Origin: Azolla caroliniana
Taxonomy: Eukaryota > Plantae > Polypodiophyta
Direction of reading: 5' to 3'
Assembly (NCBI GenBank): GCA_043228905.1
Contig: JBHGNT010000007.1
Coordinates: 13,826,001-13,890,000 of the forward strand
DNA: 64,000 bases
The position numbers and the translations under genes are program-made. Numbering within the stretch: position 1 is the first letter of the stretch; each line of letters opens with the position of its first letter. Of this stretch, positions 1 through 11,416 are shown one piece after another. The notes beneath the pieces were generated by a model that ran no database searches, was not told where the DNA came from, and saw only the letters and a program-made list of their open reading frames with translations.

Positions 1-1840
1 AGCCCAATACGATTTTCGCAATTTAGCGTGAGAGAGCATGCTCCTTAGTCTCTCCATGATTTCCCAATTCATCCTCTCTGCAAGCCCATTCAACTCAGGG
101 GTCTTTGGTTCAGTGTATTCGATTCAAATACCATGGGCCTTGCAGTATTCCTCAAACTACCCTTTATATTTGCCACCATTGTCAGTTTGGACATCCATCA
201 GTTTCTGACCCGACTCTCGTTCAGTTCTTGCCTGGAACTCCTTGAACATTGATAGTACTTGATCCTTTGACTTCAGTACGAAGGCTCATGTCTTCTGACT
301 ATGGTCGTCAATAAATGTCACGAAGTACTGTCCACCTCGATGTGATGGAGCATCTACATAGCACACATCCGTGTGTACTAGTTCCAGTGCAACTTCTCTT
401 GTTCTCGGTGGTCTTGTGTGGAATGTTGCCTTGTTCTGCTTTCTCACTAAGTAATCGACACACTTCTCAAAGAGTACTCCTTTCACATGTGGGAGAAGTT
501 CCTGGTCAGCCAAGATGTGCATTCCTTTTTCACTCATGTGGCCAAGCCTCTTATTCCATAACTCTCCACTTGACTCGGCTTTCACATTCACCTCCGACTT
601 GCACAGTCAAGCATGCATCATATACAGTGTGCCCTCTTTCTGTGCTCATGCCACTATGAGGTTGCCACGACATAACTTCCACTTGTCATTTCGGAAATTA
701 CCATTGTAGCCTTCGTCATCCAATCTTCCAGTCAATATCAAATTCAATCTAATATCGGGGACATGTCGAACTTCTCTCAATGTCAGTTGACAACTAGACG
801 ACGTCGTCAAGCACATGCTTCCAATGCCTACTATCTTGCACTCTCCATGATCTCCCATCTTTACATAGTCATGATCCCCGACTATATAAGTCGAAAAATA
901 GTCTCTCAACAGAGTTATGTGGAATGATGCACTCGAGTCGATTACCAAGATGCACTCTTCGCTTGCAAGATCTGTGCTTGCCTGCTCACAAATGAACAAA
1001 ATCTCCTCTACACTCATAGCTACTGCTGATGTGCCCTTTTCATCAGGAATCTTCTTGGGTTCGACATTATTGCCGACACTCGTCCTTCTTGATGTGCTGG
1101 CAATCCTTCTAAAATTGTCCAGGATTTCCACAATAGAAACATGTTAACTTACCTCTGGACTTGGATCTGGCATGGGACTTTTCTCTCCTTGGTGGACTCA
1201 TTTGCCGGTTCCTTCCTCTACCGAAATGTTGAGTCAAGTTTGACTCCGATTGGGCCAGGACACCCTTGTGCTTCCTTCTAGTCTCCTTGTTCAAGATGCT
1301 TGTCTTTACCGCTTGTAGAGACAAGTTCTCTTCCTGACACGAGGTGCTGAGAGTCACCACTAGATTCTCCCAGCTGTCCGGCAGGGTGCACAATAGGAGG
1401 ATGGCCTGCATTGCATCTTCGAGGGGAAACTTTGCTGCCACAAGTTGGTTCACATACCTCATGAATGTGCTGACATATTCAACTATGTTTCCCCCCTCCC
1501 TGTATTTCAATCTCACGATCTTCCTCATCAGAGATGTTTTGTTTAGGGCGTTCTTCCTCTCATATAAGCTTGACAACTTCTGCCACATCTCGTAGGCATT
1601 TGTTTCGTTCACCACATGTTTGAGGACACTTACATCGACGCACTATCGGATGGTGGCCACTGCCTTTTTGGTAAGAAGTTTCCATTCCAACTCTAATACC
1701 CTCGTGGGTGTTTCTGCTCTATTGATTGGCTCATATAGGTCTTTGACTATGAGAAGGTTCTCCATCTTTATCTTCTAGTTTGCTTAGTTCTGAGAGTTTA
1801 GAACTATCATGCATGGGAAGCCGCTCGCACCTCCTTCCAT
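1..1840 (-). pseudogene. degenerate copia gag-pol (Gag, PR, INT)
   Basis: ORF pieces 1109-1615, 646-1131, 286-591 in differing frames. Confidence 0.85.
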
Positions 1841-1850
1841 CTTCAACCTT

Positions 1851-1862
1851 GCTCTAATACCA
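1851..1862 (-). promoter_or_regulatory. PBS, initiator tRNA-Met
   Basis: Minus strand reads TGGTATTAGAGC, one mismatch to TGGTATCAGAGC, 3 nt from LTR end. Confidence 0.8.
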
Positions 1863-1865
1863 ATT

Positions 1866-2297
1866 TGTAGGTTTCTATCACCGAGATTCGATAAAGAGAA
1901 AGACCTGCTAGAAACATATTTACAAATCCGTCTCTCTTCACGGTTCATACAAGATTCGATCGGGTCCATATGATCCGGTTTCCAAATATCCTTCTGGGTC
2001 CATCTGATCCAAAGGGACTAGTTTCGCAACAAATTCTCCCTTCACTCCGGCATGAAATGTCTTGTCAATCCGATCTGTTTCGGGCATACGTCTGTCATGA
2101 AGACATACATTTTGGCTTATCAGGATTTGAACCCACAACTTCTTGGTCTATGTGTTGAACCTTTCACCATTGTAATAACATATATGATGTGTAGTTATAA
2201 TAATTATATTTTTAGTGATTAAAAGATATTTGGAATATTCTAGAACATTCTTGAATATTTCATGATTATATATATTATCATAAATATCTAAAATATT
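1866..2297 (-). repeat. 5' LTR of first copia, outer end missing
   Basis: Begins TGTAGG on + next to PBS; no CA terminus at the far end, abuts RT sequence of next copia at ~2298. Confidence 0.6.
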
Positions 2298-5200
2298 AGT
2301 CGATATTGTGTTGCTGTGCGTAGTCCTTTGCCACTAGTCGGGCCTTGTACCGATTGACGGAGCCATCCGTGTTGTATTTGATTTTGTATACCCACCGGAA
2401 GCCGGGCTTCACTTATTTCGATACGTCCACCAAGTCCCACGTCTCATTCTCTGTGAGCGCGTGCATCTCTTCCTCCATGGCCTGTAGGTTGTTCGCATCC
2501 TTAACTGCTTCGGCATAGATCTCTGGTTCACGCACGACTACCAACTTCACCATGTATGCATAATGATGCACCATATACTCGTTATATTCGTACCGAACTA
2601 CGGGGTGCTTCTCGTGGGTAGATTAACGCAATTTATGCTCTGCCGATTTGATGGCCCTTCTAGTCGACTCCGACCTTTTCTCTGGAGGTTCATCGTCTTG
2701 CTTTCCGGAGTCGGATTCGCTCTGATCTGATGCTTTCCGGAGTCAGATTCTAGCCTCTTCGTCTTCCCTTTCTCTTTGCACGTAAACCGTCTTCTTGGTT
2801 CCTTCCGCGGGGAGAGCACAACCGAGTCTTCACTACTCGTCGGCTCGTCATCTGGTTAACTGTTCCGGCTCAACCAATCCAGATTCGGGCCAGTGATATG
2901 GAGGGAAGTCGGACTATCCGGATGTTCAAAGTCCGCAACACTTCCCTTTGTGTCGGAATATGTCGCCTCATCCACAACAATCGGCTCGGGTTCGGGTGAT
3001 GTGAGGTACAAACATGTTGATTCGTCGAAGACGACATCACGACTAACTCGGACTTGCTTCGAACAGGAGTTGTAGCACTTATACCCCTTCTGCTCGTTAG
3101 AGCAACCAACCAACATGCACTTCTCGAATTTTGCATCCAGTTTCTTCCGATTTTCATCCGGCACATGGACATACGCAATGTTGGCGAAAACCTGATGGTA
3201 CGCCAAATTCAGCTTCTGCTCGAAATACAGTTCCTACGGTGACACCTTTGTCCTTGAGGCAAATATCCGATTTTGTATGTAGATGCCTGTCCGAATTGCT
3301 TCGGCCCAATAAATCCGGGGCATGCATTTCTTTTCTCGCATCGCCCTTGCCCCTTCTACCAACGTTCAATTCCGAGGTTCGGCCATGCCATTCTGTCTCG
3401 GTGTGTATTTGTAGGAGAATTCTCGACGAATTCCCTTAGTCTACAAATAACTAGTGAACTGGCCAGAAAAGTACTCTTTTCGGCCATTTGATCTCAGACA
3501 GTTAATCTTCCTTCTGGTTTCTCAGTCTACATGATTCTTTAGGTCCTAGAAGCACGAGAAGACTTCGTTCTTCTTCTCAACCAAATAGATCCAAGTGTGT
3601 CAACAAAAATCGTCGATGAAGGAGACGATATACCGACTCCCGCCAATGCTTATGTTTTGTGCCAGTCCCCACACATCCGAATGGATGAGATCGAGCCGAT
3701 TCCGGCTCCGATTCTTTTCACTGGGGAACGGAAGCCTGTGTTGCTTCCCGAGTTGGCAAGCTTCACATATTTGGCCTTTCTGGCCACTGAACTTTGGCAG
3801 TCCGAAAACTACGTGTTCCGACTGCAACTCCTAAAGCTTCCGGAAGTTGATGTGGCCGATGCGCTTGTACCACAGGTCGATGTCTGAATCGACCTTTTAT
3901 CCTTTTGCGAACATAGTAGTGCCAACATCATTAGTTTCGAGGATGAACATTCTTCAATCCCAACACCCTTTGCGCGATGCTCCTGCCTTCCTCCTTGATG
4001 AAGCATCCTTGGTTAGTGAACTGGACCTGCATACCTTGATCTACGATCTAACCGACCGACACTAAGTTCTTGGTGATTATCGGTACATGTAGGAGGTTTC
4101 TCATGATTCCCTTCTGACCATCATGGGTTAGAGGGACATCTCTGACGTGCACGATGGGATGTGGGGTGTCGTCCCCGGTTTTGACTATCCCCGGCTTCTC
4201 CCGCTTCTTGAGAAAGGATAACCACTCTTTGTGGTTCTTCATGTGGTTTGAAGTGCCGGAGTGCACATACCAAACTTCGTCCTACTTCGAGTTGAATACT
4301 CCCATCCAGTTGGCCTTATGCTTCATTACGAGGGCCAGTCTTGATTTGGCTCTCTCTGACCTCCATCGAAGTGCGATCGGTGGCGCCTGTCCGCATCTTT
4401 CCAACTCGATCCGGCTTTGTCCGAATCAGCTCTCTTCTTCCAACACTCGATTTCTTTGTGGCCCTTCCAGGCACAGTACTAGCATTCCGTTTCGGCCGTT
4501 CCTTGCCGGTTTCCGGCTTGGCGTCTTGACTCCCCCTTCTTCTGGAGGTCCGGAATTGCTGTTGGCACCATCTTTGTGCCTCCGATTCTGGTCATGTCGT
4601 CCACTTGCATTGCGCGCCGATCTGCCTCGCCCGCCATGAGCACGAGACCTCTCTTCCTCCATGTACCTCTCTGTGCCTATTGCACTTACTTCGAGTTGAA
4701 TACTCCCATCCAGTTGGCCTTATGCTTCATTACGAGGGCCGGTCCTGATTTCGCTCTCTCCGACCTCCATCGAAGTGCGATCGGTGGCGCCTGTCCGCAT
4801 CTTTCCAACTCGATCCGGCTTTCTACGAATCAGCTCTCTTCTTCCAACACTTGATTTCTTTGTGGCCCTTCCAGGCACAGTACTAGCATTCCGTTTCAGC
4901 CGTTCCTTGCCAGTTTCCGGCTTGCCGTCTTGACTCCCCCTTCTTCTGGAGATCCGGAATTGCTGTTGGCACCATCTTTGTGCCTCCGATTCTGGTCATG
5001 TCGTCCACCTGCATTGCGTGCCGATCTGCCTCGCCCGCCACGAGCACGGGACCTCTCTTTCTCCATGTACAACATCTTGATGTCAGTGTGCATGCTCGTC
5101 GACACACCCACGTGGTTCTCCTCTACAAGGAGAATCAACTGTAAGTCGAAGAAGGAGGGTGTATTCTCACTTGTACATACCGCAAGGCAGAATGCTCCAA

Positions 5201-5650
5201 ACTTCGACGCCAGGCCCTCGAGATGGTCACGTTGATGGAGGCAAGTGAATCACAGATGTCTTTGATCTAGGCCGTGTAGTTAGCCACCGACATGTCCTTC
5301 TGTCAGACATTGCTCAACTCCTGTCGGAGTTGCAGCTTTCAGGCCGTGGTGCTTGCGGCGAAGACTTTTTTCAAGTCTCCCCAAGCTTCCTTTGGTGTCT
5401 TGGCGTCCCGGATATAGCTGAGCAACTTATCACCGACACTAGATGCGAAGCAGTAGATTACCCTGCTTGTCGCTTGTTCCCAAGCCGGGAAGTCCCTGTG
5501 TGCCGCATTAGGTGTTGTATCGTTAGCTCCGTCGACATAACTCCAGTAGCCATGCCCAAGCAGGTACTGGTGCATCTTGTATGACCAGGATGCATAGTTG
5601 GATCTGTCGAGCTTCTCCGTCGGGAGCGAGCTAGCCATTCTTCGGTCCAT
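2298..5650 (-). pseudogene. degenerate copia gag-pol
   Basis: Fragmented ORFs 5339-5650, 4896-5138, 4048-4266, 3600-3827, 2856-3206. Confidence 0.88.
4283..5070. repeat. 384-bp direct duplication within gag (4283-4666 and 4687-5070) with 20-nt filler
   Basis: Both copies start TACTTCGAGTTGAATACTCCC and end CTCCATGTAC. Confidence 0.9.
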
Positions 5651-5732
5651 TCTCTCCTTCTTGTTCTTTACTGGGTGTTAGGGTTTGTTTGTGAGCATCA
5701 CTCATCGGCCACAGAGGATTCTCAACCCTCGC

Positions 5733-5744
5733 GCTCTGATACCA
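5733..5744 (-). promoter_or_regulatory. PBS, initiator tRNA-Met
   Basis: TGGTATCAGAGC on minus strand directly after LTR. Confidence 0.92.
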
Positions 5745-6157
5745 TGTAAAAGATAATGTGCGGAAGCTAAGACAAAACCGGCTAGTCCGGATAATAGCAA
5801 AACACAGAACGGAGGTTTAATGGAGAGCTTGAATACACAAGAGAGACAGAGAGTAGAATAGTAAAAATTCAATTCAAAATAATAACACTTTGTACATACA
5901 AATGTCCTACAGAACACCTTTTATAAAAGTCCTTAAAAAGGAATGATAGAAGTACTGACAAGTACTTCAATGCTCATACGAGCGAGTGACACTAACTCCA
6001 AGGAATCTGCCTACATACTAGGCTAAGATTATAGACTTCTAATAGCCTACCGGTTACAATCCGATCCGGTTCTTGGTTCCGGTTCTCCGATCCGGATACC
6101 AATCCAACTTTGGCTTATTTAGCCAATCCGGATCCGGTTGAGCTTGTCCGCTCAACA
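5745..6157 (-). repeat. 5' LTR of copia
   Basis: TGTAAA...CTCAACA termini; resembles LTRs at 40528-40922 and 60429-60906. Confidence 0.85.
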
Positions 6158-6552
6158 AAAAACATTGCCTTGGCCAAGAATGATATCTGATATAATGTTT
6201 GATCATTTGCAAACCAAGTCATTTGGCTCATGGGATACTAACCATTGGAATTTAGTGTTTGGAAAGCTTGACAGGCACATCAAAGGTTGTCCGTTTAGCT
6301 CAAAGCTTCTAAAGCACTGGAAAGAAGTATTGCACCACATAAAATGGAGAGGTAGGAATTCAGAATTAGGGAACTCTTTACGCCTCCAAAGCTTACATTG
6401 GAGTGTTATATTCCCACAATCATTAGCTGAACAAGAGCCTAGGAAAGCTTATTTTTTAGCAAAGAAGGGGCTGAAATCAATTGCAGATGTGGTAAGTAAC
6501 ATGACATGTCGTTATAGTCTTGGGCCACATCATCGTGTTATCTAGATCAAGT
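6158..6552 (+). pseudogene. L1 LINE ORF2 3' fragment (left part)
   Basis: Trp-rich ORF 6138-6545; contiguous with 16081-16803 once element A (TSD CAAGT) is removed. Confidence 0.6.
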
Positions 6553-7002
6553 TGTTACCGACTAGGAACACAATCTACGGTCAGTCCTTCGACCTAGACT
6601 TCCAAGGGACTGTGTGACAACGAATGGTAGCGGAGCACGCCTAATACATAGTGGGATATTCCCTGTAACCTAGCAGCGTATAAGGGAGACAACTACAACT
6701 GAGCTCCTTTGACAGTGGGCTAGCGCACACACCGTTACTTACTCCTACGCTCTCAGATGTTACAAACACACAGTAGATTAGCCGTAGCTACACTCAGATA
6801 TCAGAGAAGATAGAACTCTATTACAATACGCCTCTTACATTCAAAATTACACACTACCTCTATCAGAGGTTTTCTGCCCTTTATATACGCAAGGTCTTTT
6901 AGCCATTCACGCTTCCCACATGAACCGTTACATGTGTTACAATATTATACTATTCCGTATTCCTACGCTCTTGTCCATCAGTTACTATTCCGGCGGACAA
7001 CA
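6553..7002 (-). repeat. 3' LTR of element A
   Basis: Near-identical to 15631-16080. Confidence 0.96.
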
Positions 7003-7004
7003 CC

Positions 7005-7045
7005 TGGCACGTCTATGGGACAGTGCCATGGCACGTCGGACCCAT
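7005..7045 (-). other. tRNA-3'-end-like motif at PPT position of element A
   Basis: Sense strand ATGGGTCCGACGTGCCATGGCACTGTCCCATAGACGTGCCA, 2 nt before LTR; homologous to 54073-54112. Confidence 0.75.
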
Positions 7046-7207
7046 CCCTTTAATATTCTTCTAGAATGGCCCTGATGTTTGGCTCTGCTACAGTGTCCGT
7101 GTCCGGGGATGGCGTAGCGCCCGTATGTGCATCGCGGTGTGGTTACCCTGCTTGGTTGGGAGGGCTTCTCAAGGTGTCGCGATTGTCCTATGTGGGCGGT
7201 TCGGGTT

Positions 7208-9494
7208 CTATGGGCTCTTTTGGGCTAGGGGTAGGGGGTTGGGCTCAGCCATCGGTGGGCTTGCGGTCAGTCGCGGCTCCGTTTCGTTCGTCACTTCCCC
7301 CGTGATGTCGGCCATCGTTGTACGCTCTGGGGAGTGGGGTTGCGGTTCCTCTTGGTCCGCAACGTTCTCCATATGGTCGGCCGATGGCGTACGCTCCGGT
7401 AGATGGGGTTCCTCTTGGGCAGTGGTTTCGCTGTCTGGTATTATGGGGGACTCTGTTCGTCGTTCCGCGCTGTTCACTGTAGTTGTAATTTCTGGTGACC
7501 TGGCCTAAGGTTCCTCTTCTTTGGCAGTATCCAGAATTGGTGTCGCAATGGATTCCTCGTTTGTTCGTGTGCTGCTGGCTTGCGTGATCTGGTGAAACAG
7601 ATCATCCTGCCAATCACCAAAATCATCTAATAGTTGCGTGAGTTCTTCGGAATGTTGGTCCGCTAGCGTGTGGTAGTCCTGCGCTAGCTCCTCGCATACT
7701 GCGGCAATGCTTTCCTCCGTCTTTTCTCCGGTTCTCCCAGTTTGCTCGATACGCGTGCAATTTCGTTGCTTGGGCCACCCACGCCATTCATCCTTTGTCT
7801 AGCGTCGTTTTCAATTGCGCTGTAAACCTCTCCCGATTCATTTGTAGAAGGATACACACGTTAGATCTCTTCCTTCAAGGCTTCCATGGCATGGTTTGGA
7901 GGTGGAGCTCCCTGTTGCGCCGTAGTCGCGTTATTTTCCAACTCCGCGATGCGTTCGTTGGCTTTTTGCAGCTCGGCTTGAGTCAGCTTAACCTTCTTCC
8001 AGACATTCTTATTTTTAATGGCCATCTCCTTGGCGCCCGTGCTGACCTTTGCCAGTTCCCTATGAACTTCAACTAGAGCCGCATTTAATGGGGGTAGTTC
8101 CATCCCCATTTGGCGTATACCAGCGTTCCTCCGTCTGCCGACTCTGGCTAACTGGTCTTCATCGTCGCTCTCCACCGTTTGTGTTAAGGCGCGCTCAATC
8201 ATCTAGCGCTTCGCGTGCTCCTCGGCCATTTGTTGTGATACCTTTATGTGTTGCGTTGCCAAGAATTCCATGAGCTCAAAAGAGGTTCCGAACTGCAAAA
8301 GCGTGTTGAACTCATGGGCCGTGTCCGGGATATCCGGATATGCCAAAACCTCGCTTTTCGTTGTCAAAACGGCTTTCCCTCGTTGTGACTCGGCCGTAAT
8401 GATCAGCCGTGGCTCCCAGATTATTTTGAAAGTGGTGTTGGGCTCTGTAGCCGCGGGGCGTCACCTACGGTCGTAGTTTCCACCGCCGCGGGTACGTCTT
8501 TAACTAATCCGCGCTCATCTTTCCTGTCCAGTCTCCACCATTTCGGCCTAGGGCTTTGCTACCATGGTTCGGCGTCTGGCTCTGGTGCCGCTTCCTCGGA
8601 GCGTGCCGCCTACTCTTCCAGCGTTGTCCGTGTGTCCAGCTGGGTGGGTTGGGGTTCATCCTCCCACTCTGTGGTGGCTAACTCCGCTAACCTACGCTTC
8701 GTGGATTGAGGCGGCGGTGTGGGCCTGCTAGGTTGTGGTGCCGGCAGGCCTCGGTGTGGGAATAGTACCATCAAGTACTGTTGTATGATAGGCCTAAGAT
8801 TCTTGCCTCCTTGATACACGTGCAGGCCTTCCCTTAACGTCGGCCCCATGATGACCCCCCAATCGACCGTACGCCCTTCAAAGGTATCAATAATGATACT
8901 TGCCTTCTGCTTGGGCATCCCATATGCGTTTACGTGTACGCATCCAACTTCTAATAAGAACTTGACGACTTCGCGGAAAAAAGGATACGGGATCTCCTTC
9001 GTTCTATATACCTTGGCGGAGGACAAATACGGCCCGAAATATCTCTGTAGCGACTCTGTAGGCGGGATTTGGAAATGTCTTTCGTCTAGGGATGACAGGT
9101 CCAACTTTTTCTGGATGGATGAGTTGGTGACTATGTCGATATTGAGCTTTCTAGCGATGTCCAATGCATCCGGGTGTGGAGGTGCCTCTGTGACCCTGAT
9201 GTACCCATCCAAGCATTTCTCCACGAGCCATCGACGTAAGGCGACAGAGATAAATATCGGCATAGTCAACGTAGGCTCGTGAGGGAAAGATTGGTGGTTG
9301 CGGTGGGCTTGAGCTCTGTGATAGAATTGAGGAGAAGGTGAGGGAGGGGAGCGATGAGAGCGCTTAGAGTTAGGAGGTGAATTCTTGTTTTGTGCAGAAG
9401 AACTTCTACTTCCTTCTTTTTGTGACCTAGGGTTCATTGGGCGGTGAGCCATCGTGGTGCCGCGTGTTCCTGGTCTAGAAGTCTGTGCATGCAT
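7208..9494 (-). pseudogene. additional (env-position) ORF of element A, fragmented; coiled-coil with acidic tail
   Basis: ORFs 8610-9494, 7861-8202, 7208-7477 between INT and 3' LTR; motifs shared with 54125-56008 (WL..K/H.L.G...EA.PH; G..VDW). Confidence 0.7.
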
Positions 9495-10750
9495 TCAGTC
9501 CTTTTAATAGCGTCGCTATCTTCTCTTTTTTGTTTTCTTTTTTTCGTAATGGTTACATACACCTATTTGTACACTATGATATAAGTAGGCCCGTCCACTT
9601 ACGTCGTGGTTTCTCCGGCTGTGTCTTGTCTGGCGGTGAATGGGTTAGGTGGCATAGGGCCCAGATACGGTTTAAGGCGAAACCCATTCACCTTTTGTCG
9701 TAAGATTTCCCCGGCCAGCGTGCCCAGTTGGAAGGTGCCTTGTTCCGCTCCTATTATCCAGTACGGGCCTGTCCAGCGGAATCCTAGCTTCCCTAGCATA
9801 TGGCCCATGTGGGTTTGAAAAACCAGTACTGCTCTACCGACCGTGAAATCCTTTTCCCGTGTGTTCCGATGTCGATCCACAAATGCTTTACGCCACTGTT
9901 GTTCCTGCTCCAACATGGCCATGCTGTGTATGCGTCTTTCGCCGAGTTCGAGTAGTTGGTGGAGCCGTACTTCCTCCGACTTGGCTTCCAATAGTCGGTC
10001 CCGTACCTGAATCCGTAAACTAGGTATTTGAAACTCTACCGGCATAACAGCCTTCAGCCCAAACGCTAATCGAAACGGTGTTGACTGTATGCTTGTTTTG
10101 TAGCTGGTTCTATACGCCCATAACGCACTATGTAATTTGGTATCCCAGTCCGTTCAGTTTTCATTGACGATTTTCTTTAATATGGTCTGGAACGTCTTGT
10201 TGGTGGATTCCGCCAACCCATTCGCCTGTGGATAATATGGCGTACTTTTCTTGTGGACTACGGCGTAATGATGTGTTAGTTCACGAATGATCGTATTGAG
10301 AAAGTGGCTCCCCTGATCACTGATAAGCTCAATCGGACAACCGAACCGACACCAGATGTGTTCGTAAAGGAATCTCGCTGTGACGGCTGCCGTATTCTCT
10401 CGTAGTGCCTTTGCTTCTACCCACTTGGTGCAATAATCCATGGCTACCAATATGTATTTATTTCCCATACGGGCCGCCGCCGGTGTGAAGGGGCCCACAA
10501 AATCCAATCCCCACTTTTGGAAGGGATCTAACGGTAATACGGGCTGGTGTGGCATTCTTGCGCCCTCCGTGGGCTGGCCCATTCGTTGACACAAATCACA
10601 CTTTTTGCAATACTCGTATGCGTCCTTCTGTGTAGTCGGCCACCATAGGCCTGCTTGCCATATTTTCCGGGCCGTAACATCGCTCGCGTAGTGGACGCCT
10701 GCCGTGCCGCAGTGAGCCTCCCGTAGGACGGCTTCTTTCTCATCCTGACA

Positions 10751-11416
10751 TTCACCGCTATCGCGAAGATGCGCGTGTGAGCGTGCTTCGCTTGAGCGGG
10801 ACCACCGGGGTCTTGGACCAAGGAGGATGTCCGTCAAGGTATTGAGAAGAGGACGATGTGAATGTAAGATTGGAGGAAGACCTATTACACTTGAGAAGAT
10901 TGAAGATTGTACACTTTCAGAAGTAGATAAATAATTACAAGATAGATGCGAAGAAGAAGAAATAGAAGCTTATATTATTGATGGTGATGATGATGGTCAT
11001 ATCATATTGAGCCCCCCTTCCACAAGCCGTACTAGGGGTTTTATAGGTTTGTCCATGCACAAAACCATGGGCTTGGAGCCATGGTTTCTGTGCACACAGT
11101 TTTGCTTTGTGACATGCAGGAAACCATGGGCTTAAAACCGTGGTTTTGTGTACACGGTTTTGTTCGTTTGTTTCCTACGGAATACTGAATATGAGAAAGA
11201 AATATAGAACATCTAAAGCACTTAGTAGTAGCTTTAGTGGTAAGGTAATTGCCTCTTACCTTAGAGGTGCAAGGTTCAAATCCTACTTGCAACCCTCTAC
11301 ATGCACTCAATGCCATTGTGACCTAGGCTTATTTATTTTCATTTTTACAAGTATTCGTGAAATGTGTGTGGATCCTCAATTTTTGAGTTTTTCTCGCACT
11401 AGACATGCCACATCAC
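10751..11416. other. 666-bp composite insertion interrupting pol of element A
   Basis: Flanks rejoin in frame as IWQRGV|CQDEKEAV (compare IWRRAVRSDEKEVI in element B); no clear TSD. Confidence 0.7.
11222..11294 (+). pseudogene. degenerate tRNA-like / tRNA-derived SINE head
   Basis: A-box-like TAGCTTTAGTGGTAAGG and B-box GGTTCAAATCC at tRNA spacing; poor acceptor pairing. Confidence 0.5.

Larger units (their letters stand above)
1..2297 (-). mobile_element. Ty1/copia retrotransposon (Tnt1/Tork-like), 5' part; runs off window start; LTR truncated
   Basis: Gag (NAYEMWQKLSSLYERKN, CFYCG knuckle), protease (IDSSASFH), GAG-pre-integrase (LWNKRLGHMSEKG) and integrase (LELVHTDVC, FVTFIDD) on minus strand with frameshifts and stops; PBS at 1851-1862. 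Confidence 0.9.
2298..6157 (-). mobile_element. Ty1/copia retrotransposon (same family as 35317-40922 and 60429-64000), 3'-truncated within RT
   Basis: Gag MDRRMASSLPTEKLDRSNYASWSYKM, INT LDLIHSDVWG, SH3-like RKKLDAK, RT start RLVAKDYAQ; LTR 5745-6157; PBS 5733-5744. Confidence 0.92.

Noticed and set aside
11222-11294. Functional tRNA gene
   Set aside because: A and B boxes are present, but acceptor and anticodon stems pair poorly; degenerate or SINE-like.
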